Shown: piece by piece, positions 38,221 to 50,791 of the stretch
Position numbering within the stretch: the stretch's first letter is position 1
Layout of the letters: each line of letters begins with the position of its first letter
Source of the DNA: Girardia tigrina
Lineage: Eukaryota
Direction of reading: 5' to 3'
Assembly: GCA_001938485.1 (NCBI GenBank)
Contig: MQRK01243438.1
Span: forward strand, 19,233 to 70,023
DNA length: 50,791 nt
Program-made: the position numbers and the translations under genes
The notes under the pieces: generated by a model
The model's input: only the letters and a program-made list of their open reading frames with translations
What the model was told of the DNA's origin: nothing
Databases searched by the model: none

Positions 38221-41200
38221 TGTCGTGCTCCCCTTCAAAACAACATTTTCGTTGGCTCTGAGTCCCCATCCGTTTTCTTAGAGTTCAACGGCAACTCTAA
38301 TTCTCAATACTTCTCTACATAGACATTCACTACACTTGGGGAGTAGACGCGCCTCCTTTGCTTACATCAACAAGCTGTGTAAACATTAGAGCGCCTTCGG
38401 GTTCTTAATCAGTAACGAGGATGTCCCGACTGGTGGCTGAGCTTCTAGAGGGGATGATTTCAACTTTTTCGACTCAATTCCTCAAATTTGATTTTATTAT
38501 CTCATGCCAGACAAAGATATCTCAACGAGACAAATGACGGTCAGCTCTCGTGTCCCTATGCATTCTATGGTCTGCCTACACTGTTAACCTAAGATCTTGT
38601 CTGAACAGTAACTTCGTCTTTTTTTACAACTACATGTATGTTCCACTCATATATGAAACTTTGTGTCTCAATTATATTTAACGGTTAATTATATATACCT
38701 TATCTTATTATATTTATCAAATTCGATTGCATTTTATTATATTGGTTATATTCGTTTATGTTGGAGAACTAATTTTCATCGTTTGATTTATGTTTAGGGC
38801 AAACTCATATTTTATATACATCAACCCACACTCTGAGCGATAGCAAAGTATAATCTTGGCGTGAAATTTGAAACTTGACTTCAATTTTGTAATAACGATC
38901 GACTTTTGAAATAACAATTTCGGCCCGAATTTCTGACTTCATTTTTATCATATACCATACTAGTTTACATTTTGATCATGTTATTTTAAGCATTATCTTG
39001 AGGTTAACTTTCAAGTTTAACTTCACTCTTTTTTTCTCAATTCAATCATCATCTATTGTAGTCCTGACAAGGACTGTGTCTCATTCCCTCATAACACCTT
39101 GACATCATGCCGCTCATATTTCACCTTCTCAGCTCAAATCTTTATCAACACAATTTCTCGTTTTAGAAAATTTCTTTTGATAGCATTTAACTATACATAG
39201 AATCCACTTTAAGGTCATAAAGCTTATAGGATTGTAACCACAGAAATTATAAAACAATTAATAAAATTTTTAATTATCGAACGAATTTACAATTGAGAGC
39301 GGCGCATATAATTTTAAGTTAGAAACCATTACTTAATTCGAAACGTTAATTAAATCAAAGATCTTTAAAACTGTATTACGATTAAATCAAATCAACTACA
39401 ATTAAATCATTTATAAATTAACTCAACATCAAACTATAAACCAAGACGAAATTGAAAATGAAATTGTTTTTATATCAGTTTTTAGTTGATCATTAATTTC
39501 CGTTTAATTTAGTTTATTTTCAATTTCAATAAGTTTTTCTTTAAATTCTCTGTGATTACTCTCATATTTTATCTTGGAATTTTCACAAATTTTTTTATTT
39601 TTAAATGTATCTTTTGCCATTGATTCTATTTTTTCATTCATTGTTTTCATATCAGTATTAATTGTGAAGGCGGATTTTAAATATAACTCTAACCATTGAT
39701 GTACACTTTTTACATTAGTTCGAACTAAGATTTATGTTTCATGATACATTAGCGATGAAAGGCAAAGAGAATTCCAAAGAAACAAACGTCGGACTGCCCG
39801 CATGCCCCTTGCATGCTACGAGCACCCTACGTCGTTACCGAAGGTCCTCTGTCCCCATCATATTCAAATGATATTTTATATTTGCATTTATATGCAAATA
39901 TAAAATATCATTTGAATATGATGGGGACAGAGGACCTTCGGTAACGACGTAAGGTGCTCGTATATATATATATATATGTTGGTGTATTTTAAATTTATTG
40001 CTGGGTATTGAATTATAGTTTTAAATATGTCTATTCAAAGAAAATATATAATTCTCTATTTAATCCACTTTAATCGAAGGCTGCGTTGCTTGTTCGTAGC
40101 TCGAACCCAGCTCAATATTTGATACTGTAAATTTTATTTGCAATTGAGATCAAATAACAAATATTATAAAAAATTATATTTGATAATCACAAAATTTGTA
40201 CATGAATCTTTACTATAAACTGAGGTTGAATAATGATTTGCTTTACTCTTCTTTTAAGTTTTATATTTTTATATTTGATTTTTGAATATTATTTTTGCTT
40301 TTATTTTTTTGTGTGTTGTGATTGAATTTTTGAAGAGTATTTATTTATTTATTATTATTTATTTACTTATATAATAATAAATATATAAAATTTAAAATAT
40401 TATTTAATTAAAAATAATTTTAATTTTTTAAATTATTAAAAATTTTAATTTTGATTTAAGCCACCATGTGGCACAAATTATTAAAATTTTAATGATTGCC
40501 TATCACTAGGCTAATTATAATTTGTGAAATTTTGCCACCATGTGGCACTAATTAGTTATATAAATTGGGAATTTGTTCCCATAAATCTTTTCAAGTCAAA
40601 AATTTTTGACTTTCAACTGGGTATGACGAGACTCGCCGATTGGTAAAGTCAATCAGCAAACGTCATCCCAGTGGAAGTCTTTTGGAATTAATTATTATTT
40701 TTCTTTTCTTCAAAAAAAAGGTAAGTTCTGTTTATAGTAATAATAATACTTTTAATAATAATAATAATACAATTTTTATAATTATAATAAAAATTTAAAG
40801 AAACTAATAATATAATATTTATAATATTTATAATATTTATATAATATTTATTAATAATAATAATAAATATTTTTTTTGAATGAAGATAAACCTTTGGCGA
40901 ACTTCTCCGTCCAAAGCAGGAGTACCCTCATAATGAATGGGTCCCTGTGGAGGAAGGAAAACCTCGCCGATAAGGAATATAATAATATTAATTCTAAGAA
41001 TACTAATAATGATATAATAAAAATAATTATGATAGTGATAAAATTAATAATTATGAACAATAATTATAATAGTAATTACACTAATAATAATAATAATTAT
41101 ACAAATGATTATAAAAATAATATTATTAATAAAGATATTAATTATATCAATATTATTGATATTAATAATAATTTAGATTCTAATAATTTTAGTAATAATA

Positions 41201-41469
41201 ATAATAATATAATAAAAAATAAATAAAGATAAAATTAATAATGTCATAACTTAATATTAAATTAATACTGATGATAAATAATAAATATTTACTAAGATTT
41301 TTTATATATATTTCTTTATTATTATTATCCAAATTAACCGCCTCGCATCCCTGAGCGACCTGCTCAAACAAAGGGAAGGTTAAAATGGGATTATCCGTCC
41401 TGTTTATTTGATTTATTTATTTATTATTTTTCTTAATTTTTTATTTAGGACAATGGGTACGCTCATTTA

Positions 41470-41512
<43 letters not shown>

Positions 41513-44129
41513 TTACATAATCCCAACATATATATNNNNNNNNNNNNNNNNNNNNNNNNNNNNNNNNNNNNNNNNNNNNNNNNNNNNNNNNNNNNNNNNN
41601 NNNNNNNNNNNNNNNNNNNNNNTATTTCATATTCGACACTCAGCGCTTCAAATACTTTAACCATTTTCGATCAGGATTATTTAAATGTTTAAACCCTACT
41701 CACGCAAATACTCAACAGGTAACGATGTTTTGTCTAATTACAAATCGATAAGCAAATCGTTTTATTCAAAATGATTTATTCAAATATTCGCATTTTAGTC
41801 AACAAAATAAAACGATCGACAATAATATTTTATTCAACACATTTTTAGTAATTCGCGAAGAAACTCGTTTTTTTTCACGAACTCTCATCTTCAACTGTCT
41901 CACTCTCACAATCAGTCTTGGCAGTCTTCTTTTATAATATCTCACGCTTTTCTTGTACTCGCACATCTTTCTGTATCTTTTCAGATCATATTATTCGGAA
42001 TAATTTCATGTTTACATTACTTCATATTTTTCACATAAGTTATATTATCCATGTTAATTTTCTATTCATACTGTTTCATGTTATTCACATAGATCATTCA
42101 AATATCTTTATCAGGTGTAGCCATTTATTCGCAGAACATTTAGGCACTCTCAAAATATAGTCCAACACAATTAAGCAACTCAAAATTTAGATAAAAGTTA
42201 TAAAAAGAAAATCGATTATCAAATAAAAATCGTTAGTATTTCTTTACAAAATAAAATTAATCAGAGATTAAATCGATTAAATTCAAATCTTAATAAAATA
42301 AAACTGTATTAATGAATTTTTTTAATGAAATTATAAAATATTTATTAAAACATTACTACAAAGTATTATTATTCATAAAATATTATTAAGACTATTAAGA
42401 ACACCAATTTGATTTTTTATATTTTTATTTAAACAACAATTTTGATTGTCCTCAAGACAATTTTTGTCAAAACTTTCGTACATTTGCATTCAAAGCGAAA
42501 TTGATTAATAGTTTTAATTCTTATTACTTTTTTAGAAAATGGGGAAATAAATATTTAAATAAAATATTCACTCAAAACTTATTGGATAATAATTAAAATG
42601 ATAATTAATAATTTAAAAAATATTAATTTGATTTATTTATTAAATATTATAAAANTTAATTAACTTATTTAAAATTTTAAAATTATATGAAATTAAAAAT
42701 AAATTTAAACATTACATATTTTTAGATAATAAGAATTAAAATATTAATCATCCATCTGGGTAGGAGAGACACATCTCCAAATCAACATACACATTCAAAC
42801 ACAAAACATCAAACATTCAAATATTCCTCACAAAGACAAAATTAATAGATCAGTGGCAGAATTAGTGACAATAATATATACAATAATAAAGTCATCATCA
42901 TATTAATTCTCCATTAACTTCATAATCTGCTATGTACATTATTTGCAAGAGCTACATGCGAATCAATTACACCTCGGAGTCCAAGGACCCTCCCTCCTGA
43001 TCCCTTGGACACAGAAGTAAACTGTGTTCGCATCTTCACCCCCTTGGACCGTTAACCTCGTCGTCCATGGCAGTTCGACTCGACCTCAACAATTTGATAT
43101 TCATACTCAAGACATAATTCAGGTTATTACTAAGTCGGAACATTGATGAAAATTTCGTTTGAAGAATTAATGAAATTATAATGTTCAAAACTTTTATTGG
43201 AAACACTCCAGATTATAGAAATGAAGTAAATAGCATAAAAAATTTTTTTAAAAATTAAATCAAAATTATTTAATTAAAACAAAATAAATAAAGTTATGAA
43301 GTACAATAAAATCAAAATAAAATGCAACGGAGATAAAATTACGTCACCAATAATCAACTAGTATTATACCTCCCAATATCGAATAATTTCGCCAAATAAT
43401 TTCAATCAAGTAATATTCGTCAAATAATTTCAACCAAAAGTGATGGGCTTGTAACAAAAGATTTAAATGAAATAAAATATCGTAAATTGTAACTGGCTGG
43501 TGAATTGTGTTTTATTGTGCACAACTTCGGCATGTATTTATACCTCCCGGATGTGCACAATCCTGGGCGAGCTCGGGCATCTGGTGCATGTCACCCCGAG
43601 GCAGGATGCTACGACATCCGCGATTCGCGGATATACTGTTACTTTAATGCAGTAGTTTACGCGGGTTACCCACAATCGTAAACAATTTTTTTCGTTATTT
43701 CTAATTATTTAAATTTTCAGTTCGGATGTTTAGGCTAGCCGGCTCTATCCACAGAGACGATGTACGGACGGTGTCCTTCATGAAACGGTGCAACACCGGA
43801 TAATCACGAACTGTCTGGATGATGTTATGATTCACATTGAATCGTCGAGGTGATTTTAACTAATTTAATTAAAGATCATTAATTTTTTATTTCGTTTCTA
43901 GAAAGCCTCAAAGGAATTTCAGAAGATTGCAAGGGGTTTTCGGATAAAAGTACTCATTCCCAAGGATCCCTCACTTTATTCTCCGTCCGGCGCGCATGGA
44001 ATCATTTAAAACTAACGGGGATAGTCGAGTTTGACTATCCCCACAACTCTGACAAACTTTCGTGCGCGCGGGATAGTGTACATTGGAGAAGGGGTTCTGG
44101 ATTTGATGTGCAAAATGTGGAACGTAAAA
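38221..44129. mobile_element. Giant solo-LTR-like non-coding element, copy 2 (about 5.9 kb including a gap and probable nested inserts)
   Basis: TGTCGTGCTCCCC ... GGAACGTAAAA (CA changed to AA); 4-bp TSD AAAC; five co-linear blocks shared with copy 1. Confidence 0.85.
39817..39962. repeat. 146-bp near-perfect palindrome followed by (TA)n
   Basis: 71-bp arms with one mismatch and a 4-nt loop. Confidence 0.95.
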
Positions 44130-44734
44130 AAACATAAAATATACCAATAAGGACAACGCAGCAGTTTCTGGAGTTAAAAATCTTTCTATGGCCTATATGG
44201 CTGTAGCCACCTTTGTAACCACTCCTGAACCCGTTAAATTTCGGAATTTCGATGTATGTTAAAACAAGAACCTGTGAGAAGACAAATGCAATTTTGAGAC
44301 ACTGATGTGCATCATTACCAGCACATGAACGAAAGGGTCACCTATTTCGTCCAACAAGTCTACGGCAATGCATTAATGCTAGTGAAAACATTTTTGAGTC
44401 AGTGCTGAACAATCATGTTGGGCTTGAAATAAATATGCTTTGGTGCGTTACCATAGTACATAGTGTTTTATAGACAAGTTAAATTAAAAAAAACTCTGTG
44501 CTGTTTAAGACCACACAGAGTAATACTTCTCGTCTTATGTGGATAGTTCTTTTTCAGGTATTTCTATTATATCACAAAAATTCTATCTTAACAATCCTAA
44601 CAATAGATATTGCACCCATAACACCATAATGAATTAAAAAATACATTTACCATTAATATTCAATTTATTGTCCAAAATCAAAAATAAGTTTTGAGATTTA
44701 CAGAATTATATAAGTCAATTGGTTTATTAAAGGA

Positions 44735-44832
44735 ATGAAATAGATGTTTTAGAGCTTTGATACTAATTACATTTGATAATTATTATAATTTATAGAAACT
44801 ATAACTATACAATAACAATAATCTTAATGATT
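44735..44832 (+). repeat. About 97-bp direct repeat, partner at 48975-49071
   Basis: ATGAAATAGATG(T/A)TTTAGAGCTTTGATACTAATT...TCTTAATGAT nearly identical in both places. Confidence 0.9.
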
Positions 44833-45577
44833 TGTGAAACAACCTTTGCATCTTGATCGATACACCTTCTGATGACAGGATGTTTGAATATTTAAAACTG
44901 TTCATTTAATCAATAATTAAATTTATATTGTAGAACAATTCAATTATGTTATAATAGGATTTCACTTGTTCGTAATAATATATGCATAAATCATGTTATT
45001 TAATTCTATCATGTAAAAAAATTTAGGTTACCCAGCCAACTTTTATATCCTTCGAGTGGCGTGCAGTGTAGATAAAATCCCACATTACCCGCGAGTTATA
45101 TGCGTGAAAATAAGATATTTTAAGTTTTATATCTATTTCAAAATGATGTTTTCCAACTAGGGAATTGCAACAAATTTCATTTAGACCTATAGCCATATTT
45201 GAAACAGTGTTTCTTCCTGTTTTTTTGAAGCATAGTTCTCCTTTAAAGTCTTTCATTCTTTCATTTTCCTTGTATGTTAAATTTGGTATTTTCAAATGTA
45301 TTTCTCCCACTAAATTGAAAATTAGTATTTTGGATATTTGAGCATAATTTACATTTTAAATTGTAACATAAGATAATTAAAAATTTTAATTATTAATTTT
45401 GTTATTGTATAAATTAAAATTTTAAACCCAGTTGTAAAGGAAGTTTGAAAGCAAATTGTCTTTATTTTTAGTGATTTGCTAAGCTTCCCTTTTGTTACTT
45501 CGAACTATCTTTGAAAGTTTTTAAAGTTTCCAATGTGTTTTTATTAATGTTATAAATAGCAATGAAAACTTTTAGGT

Positions 45578-45618
<41 letters not shown>

Positions 45619-48600
45619 CGATTATTTCAAAAAAACTTCATAACAAGGTTTATGAGTAAGGAAAAGGCAAACTAGTTTAAATCCCGTTACTAGGCTCAGG
45701 ACGTGAGTACAATTATACAAATGTAGGTAATTAACGGTTTTCGAATTTATGGCACAGGAGAAAGTCTCTCAAAAAACGCTCAGTTCTGAGTCTGATCGTA
45801 TATGATATTGTCGGTGTTGAAGATTACTGGAACTGGAATGTCTGAAGTTTCTTCCCCGAATCCGTGTACGAAAATTGACATAAAAGGATGATTTTCCGGT
45901 AAATGTTTCCCGAATATTATGGTGTCTCTGAAATTTTTTATTTGAGTTGGCACTTTCCAACTTAAACTACAAATTTGAATCCAGTGGAGGTCAATAGTAC
46001 TTGATTATTAATGATTGAGACTGAGAATAAATTTGGCTAGGGTTTCACCGACTATTCAGCCGTTATCCTGAATAATCCGAATCGCTAATTATATTTTAAA
46101 ATACCATTACTATTATCCTATAATTATAACTTTAAATTCAAAATATAATTTTTTAAATTACTATTTATTATTCAAATATAAATCTTTTTAATTTTCTTTC
46201 TTCAAAAATATTCTATCCTAACAAATCTAATCTTTAATTAATTCTTAATCTTCTTTCATATCTAAATTCTTAACAGTAAATCCTTCCATAAACGCTTTTG
46301 ATGAGCACAAGCACGCAATTGGTTGCTCAATTTGACTTGTTTTGACCAACAAAAAACAAGACTAAGTCGACATGGAGATCCGAGTAGAAGAAAATAACCT
46401 ATTTTTACAAATTACGATCGCTGTCTCGAATTGTCCTGTAAGTCGCGAAGAGCGGTCCTAATGCCCAAAGAGATATATTAATTTCGCAAATCAAACATAA
46501 ACATGTAAAATTGAATTTGCCTTGTAGATTTTCTGTGGATTTGTCTACATTAAATTTTTACGAATTGATTAAATCTTTGCTTCTTATAAATCTTTCCCAT
46601 GAAACAGAACTCGGTTGTCTTTTGATTTCTTTGAAAATATGGAACGTTTCCAAAGTTGGCAATATGGTAATTTATTAGTATTAAAAATAATGATATACTA
46701 TTTTTGTATAAATAAATATAATTCAGTACACGAGTAAATATGAGTTTGTAAATTACAAATCATTGAAATAATTTGTAAGCAAAGTTATAGCCGAAATTAT
46801 TAATGCGATCAGTTGGGAGCGTTCATAAAATATGTTGGGTTTTTAAATTATTAAAAATTATCTTTAATTCAATTATTCACTTTTTAAAACACAAATCTTA
46901 AATCTTTATCTTTAATCGTAAATCTCTTTTCTTAATTCTTTAATCAATAATNNNNNNNNNNNNNNNNNNNNNNNNNNNNNNNNNNNNNNNNNNNNNNNNN
47001 NNNNNNNNNNNNNNNNNTAATTCTCAATCAATAATCTTTAATCAATAATTCTCAATCAATAATCTTTTATCTTTTGATCTGACTCCAATTATTCAGAAAG
47101 GTCTTCCAACATAAATATATGAATAATAAACACAAATAACAAATATCAACAAGTCACAAATAATAATAATAATTCAATTCTTTGATGACAGAATACAAAT
47201 ACAATCAATATTTCGTGCGAGTTAACAGATTACAGTAAAAACTGTGAATCTNNNNNNNNNNNNNNNNNNNNNNNNNNNNNNNNNNNNNNNNNNNNNNNNN
47301 NAGAACTCTTCTGTAAACCTTGTTCTCCAATAGAGGATACTACAGGTTTTGTTCAAGTTTGAAAAATATAAAGTAAATATTAATAATAACTCTACTTACG
47401 AACAATTCTCTTCAGTTAAATTTCTTGCAAATATTTATGGGCAAACTAAAACTGAATTTGATGTTGTTTATTTAGTAATTTTCCTCAGCCTTGAAAATTG
47501 ATGAGATAAAACAAAGAGTAAAATATTTATAATTTTTGATGAAGTAAAACAAATATTTATAATTTTAATTCCAAGTTTTGTTAGACTAAATATTATTTTA
47601 TTTGAAGTTAATAATTTTACTAAAAGAATTATTAAAAAATTTCCTATATAAAATTTTATCAAAAGTGTTCACATGTATTTTTTCAGAACCCTAACAAATA
47701 TAAAAATTTTGAATCTTATCAAATTATTAAATAAACAATTACATTCCGTAAAATATTGTTATAAATATGATAAAATAAGATTTTCAGAAATTTAATGTAA
47801 AAAATTAATGTAAGTAAGAAATAAAATAAATTTTACGGTAGGTTTATTAAAAGATTTATGTAAATATTTATTATAAAGTAAAAAAAAAGTTAATTTCAAA
47901 TTTGATGAAAATATTTATTTGAAATAAAATAAAAAGTAATTTAAGTTTGATATTTTATTTGCGAATAAAAGTAAACTAAACCATTTTGGTAACTTTTAAA
48001 TCAAAGTATTAAAAATGTGGTTATAATTTTTTTGGAAAAAGTAATTATATTTTTTTAGGAAATTAAAATGGGAATTAAAACATAATTGTAAAACCATTAA
48101 CATAAATAGACTTAAATAAAAAATGCGATTTTAATTTTTGGAAAATGTAATTGAGTAACAGGCAAATTTAAATGTACCATAAAATTGAAAAATTAATAAA
48201 AGACGCAACAAAATCTTTGTGACAAAATTTTAATTGACTACAATTTTTATTAAAGAAATATAGAATTTTAATTTGTAAAAAATATACTAAACATATTTTT
48301 ATTTATAATGGTTGTGTAAAAAAAGTACAAAAGTTCCTCAAAAATATTTATTTAAAAAATTCAAATTGTTATAGAAATAAATTTTTGTGTTCATGATAAT
48401 GTCTGTACGATCAATTGAAAGTTTAAAAAATGAAAATCATAAAATTAATTTCTATTAAATAAAATTTTTATTGGAATATATTAAAATATTAAATTTCTAA
48501 AAAAGTTTAAAATAATCATGAAATTAATTTAATTGTATAAAATGGAAATCTTTGTTCAAATAATTATTTTAAAACAATTTATTATTAAATATTAAAAATT

Positions 48601-49173
48601 TAGTTCGATATAAAAATTTGGAAAACCCTTTTAGTGTTCTTAATATTCCTAAAATCCATTTAGACGGTAATTTCAAACCACTAAAATAAGCAAAATCTGT
48701 TAAAAACACAACAAATAGATTTAGTTAGAGTTAATTATCTTCCGATATTCTTTCAACATCCATCTAAAGCATTTGTAATTTCAGTTCAATGAAGAACTAA
48801 ATTTAAACTTACGCAATAAAACGTATTTCACTAAAACGTTTATTTGGTCATTAATTGTACTTATGAGAGACTCTGCCTTGATCTGTCAGTTCACATTGAG
48901 CAAGTGTTAGCGAGAATAATTAATTGTAATGTCGGGTCCTTGTGTTATACGAGATCAAATTGAATGATCAGCCCATGAAATAGATGATTTAGAGCTTTGA
49001 TACTAATTATATTTGATAATTATTATAATTTATAGAAACTATAACTATGCAACAAAAATAATCTTAATGATAAACGTCTTTTCACCAAGTGAATAAATTC
49101 CAATGTCACTAAACAAGACATTTTAATACATAAATTAAACCATATCTCTATTTAGCGAGCATTTGATTACTAT

Positions 49174-50592
49174 GGTGAGGCAACTTTACCGCGAATTTTT
49201 TCAGATTTTTAATTAAGATATTTTTTGCCATTATTACCGAATAATGCTTTATTAAAATATAATAATTATAATAAAATTTTCCATTTACGTTTAAAAATAT
49301 ATCTTAAAATATTATAAATTTCTTAAAATTTTTCTCTCACTGTTTTTTTCAGCATGAATCTTCAATTCTTTACTTCAAAATCTGGAAATCCGATTGTTGC
49401 GTATGCAGGTTATTCTTATCGCTTTGATTATGATTTAAAATCCCTAGATGGAAAATTCTGGCGCTGTGTTGTTTATGAACAACATAAGTGTAAAGGAAAA
49501 ATTCGTACTTCAAACAACAACGAGGCATCTATTATTTTAGGTCACCCTTCTGAGCATAATCATGCTCCTGAGCCAGGTAAAGTTGTCGCTAGGCACATTG
49601 CTCAGGGGATTGCAACTCGTGCATCGCAGACAGTAAAGGCCCCGAGGCAAATTATTCAGAAATCTAGGACTGGGATTCCACTTGACGCTGCAATATTTCT
49701 TCCAAGTTATCGCTCTAGTCAACGTATAATTCAACGAAAAAGAAAACAAGAGAATGCTCCTTGGCCAAATTCAAATCATCTTTCAGAAATAAATGTTCCT
49801 GAAAATTTGAGGCTTACAACTAGAAATGAATCTTTTTTGATACTCGATTCTGGATCTAATGATGCCAACCGGATAATGCTCTTCAGTACAATTGCAAAAA
49901 CATAAATCTGATGGCTTCTTGTGAAATTGGGTTTATAGATGGGACATTCTCTGTCATCCCTCGATTATTTTACCAAGTTTATACTACATACTTTAAAATC
50001 AAACAAAGTATTCCCTCTTGTTTATGCATTGATGACTAATAAAACTCAATTAAATTACACTCGTATGTTTGAAGAGCTTTTAAGACAACAACCAAATTTA
50101 AATCTACAAACTATTATGATGGATTTTGAAAAAGGAGCAATGAACGCTGTTTCCACTGTATTTTGTAATGCTACTGTTAAATGCTGTTTTTTTTCATCTG
50201 AATCAATCAATTTGGAAAAAAAATAAAAGAAACAGTTTAATGTTTTTGTATCTTTCTTCAATTTACACATCACATTTTTTGGGTTATTTGAATTTTTTAA
50301 ATTAGGAATTTACTAATTTTTCGTATGTTGTTTGTTTGTTTTTTTTATTAAAAAGAATAATTAAATGTCATGTCCATCTGAAATTTTCTATCCATTTATG
50401 TTTTCAAATTAAAACCTTATTATGATTCATTGTTTTATCATTACATAATTAAAATTTATATATATATTTTAGATGACATTGTTTACTTTTTGACAATTTT
50501 GTTGTAAATTTTCCGCGATAAAGTCACCTGCTACAAAGTCGCCCGCGATAAAGTCGTCCGCGGTAAAGTCGCCGCGGTAAAGTCCGGGTACC
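49174..50592 (+). mobile_element. MULE/Mutator element with FLYWCH-MULE transposase pseudogene (49354-50226)
   Basis: 9-bp TSD GATTACTAT (49165-49173 / 50593-50601); GG...CC ends with ACTTTACCGCG subterminal repeats; FLYWCH FWRC...HKCKG...HNH; DGTF, FPLVYALM, DFEKGAMNA across frameshifts. Confidence 0.93.
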
Positions 50593-50791
50593 GATTACTA
50601 TGGTTGAAGACATTTGATGTACTGTGACTCTTTAGTTAATCATTATTCAACCCTTTGAAAGAGCTCTGGTAAAGTGTTTGTAAGTAGCGTTTATGCCACT
50701 TTCATTATTATCATATTCTTGAGCCATGATTTAACACCACAAAAATTTATTAATATAACAATTCACATTTCTAAAACAAATTTTCCTGTTA

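Noticed and set aside
40620-40680. SECIS interpretation of the hairpin
   Set aside because: ATGA is Watson-Crick paired with TCAT rather than forming the GA/GA quartet; no selenoprotein ORF nearby
40876-41226. Asn/Ile-rich ORF
   Set aside because: Translation of AAT-rich low-complexity spacer
44865-44900. CTGATGA as a hammerhead core
   Set aside because: No properly placed GAAA or stem II
1-50791. CRISPR arrays, operons, tRNA/rRNA genes
   Set aside because: Sequence is intron-containing eukaryotic DNA; no regular repeat-spacer array or RNA-gene signature seen

Overview
Very AT-rich, gapped eukaryotic genomic scaffold from an invertebrate animal. A planarian-like flatworm fits but is unproven. 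Two host genes can be built with phase-consistent GT-AG splicing, both on the minus strand: a 7-exon FIP1 (pre-mRNA 3'-end processing factor, 388-13532, 534 aa) and a 2-exon secreted PAN/Apple-domain orphan gene (29327-30236, 286 aa). The rest is mostly nested, decayed transposons (mariner/Tc1, pogo, piggyBac, hAT, MULE, Penelope with hammerhead ribozymes, Gypsy) plus host-gene debris (RIO kinase, ARF-like, TRAF-like, possibly Notch-ligand-like). The most striking unexplained signal is a pair of giant, apparently non-coding TG...CA elements with 4-bp TSDs (20775-23494 and 38221-44129). They look like solo LTRs. Their AT-rich spacers have largely diverged, but they keep the same ordered series of covarying RNA hairpins, a near-palindromic TATA element and host-sized spliceosomal introns. 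This suggests a structured, spliced non-coding RNA system carried by a giant LTR family. All folds and family assignments were made by eye.
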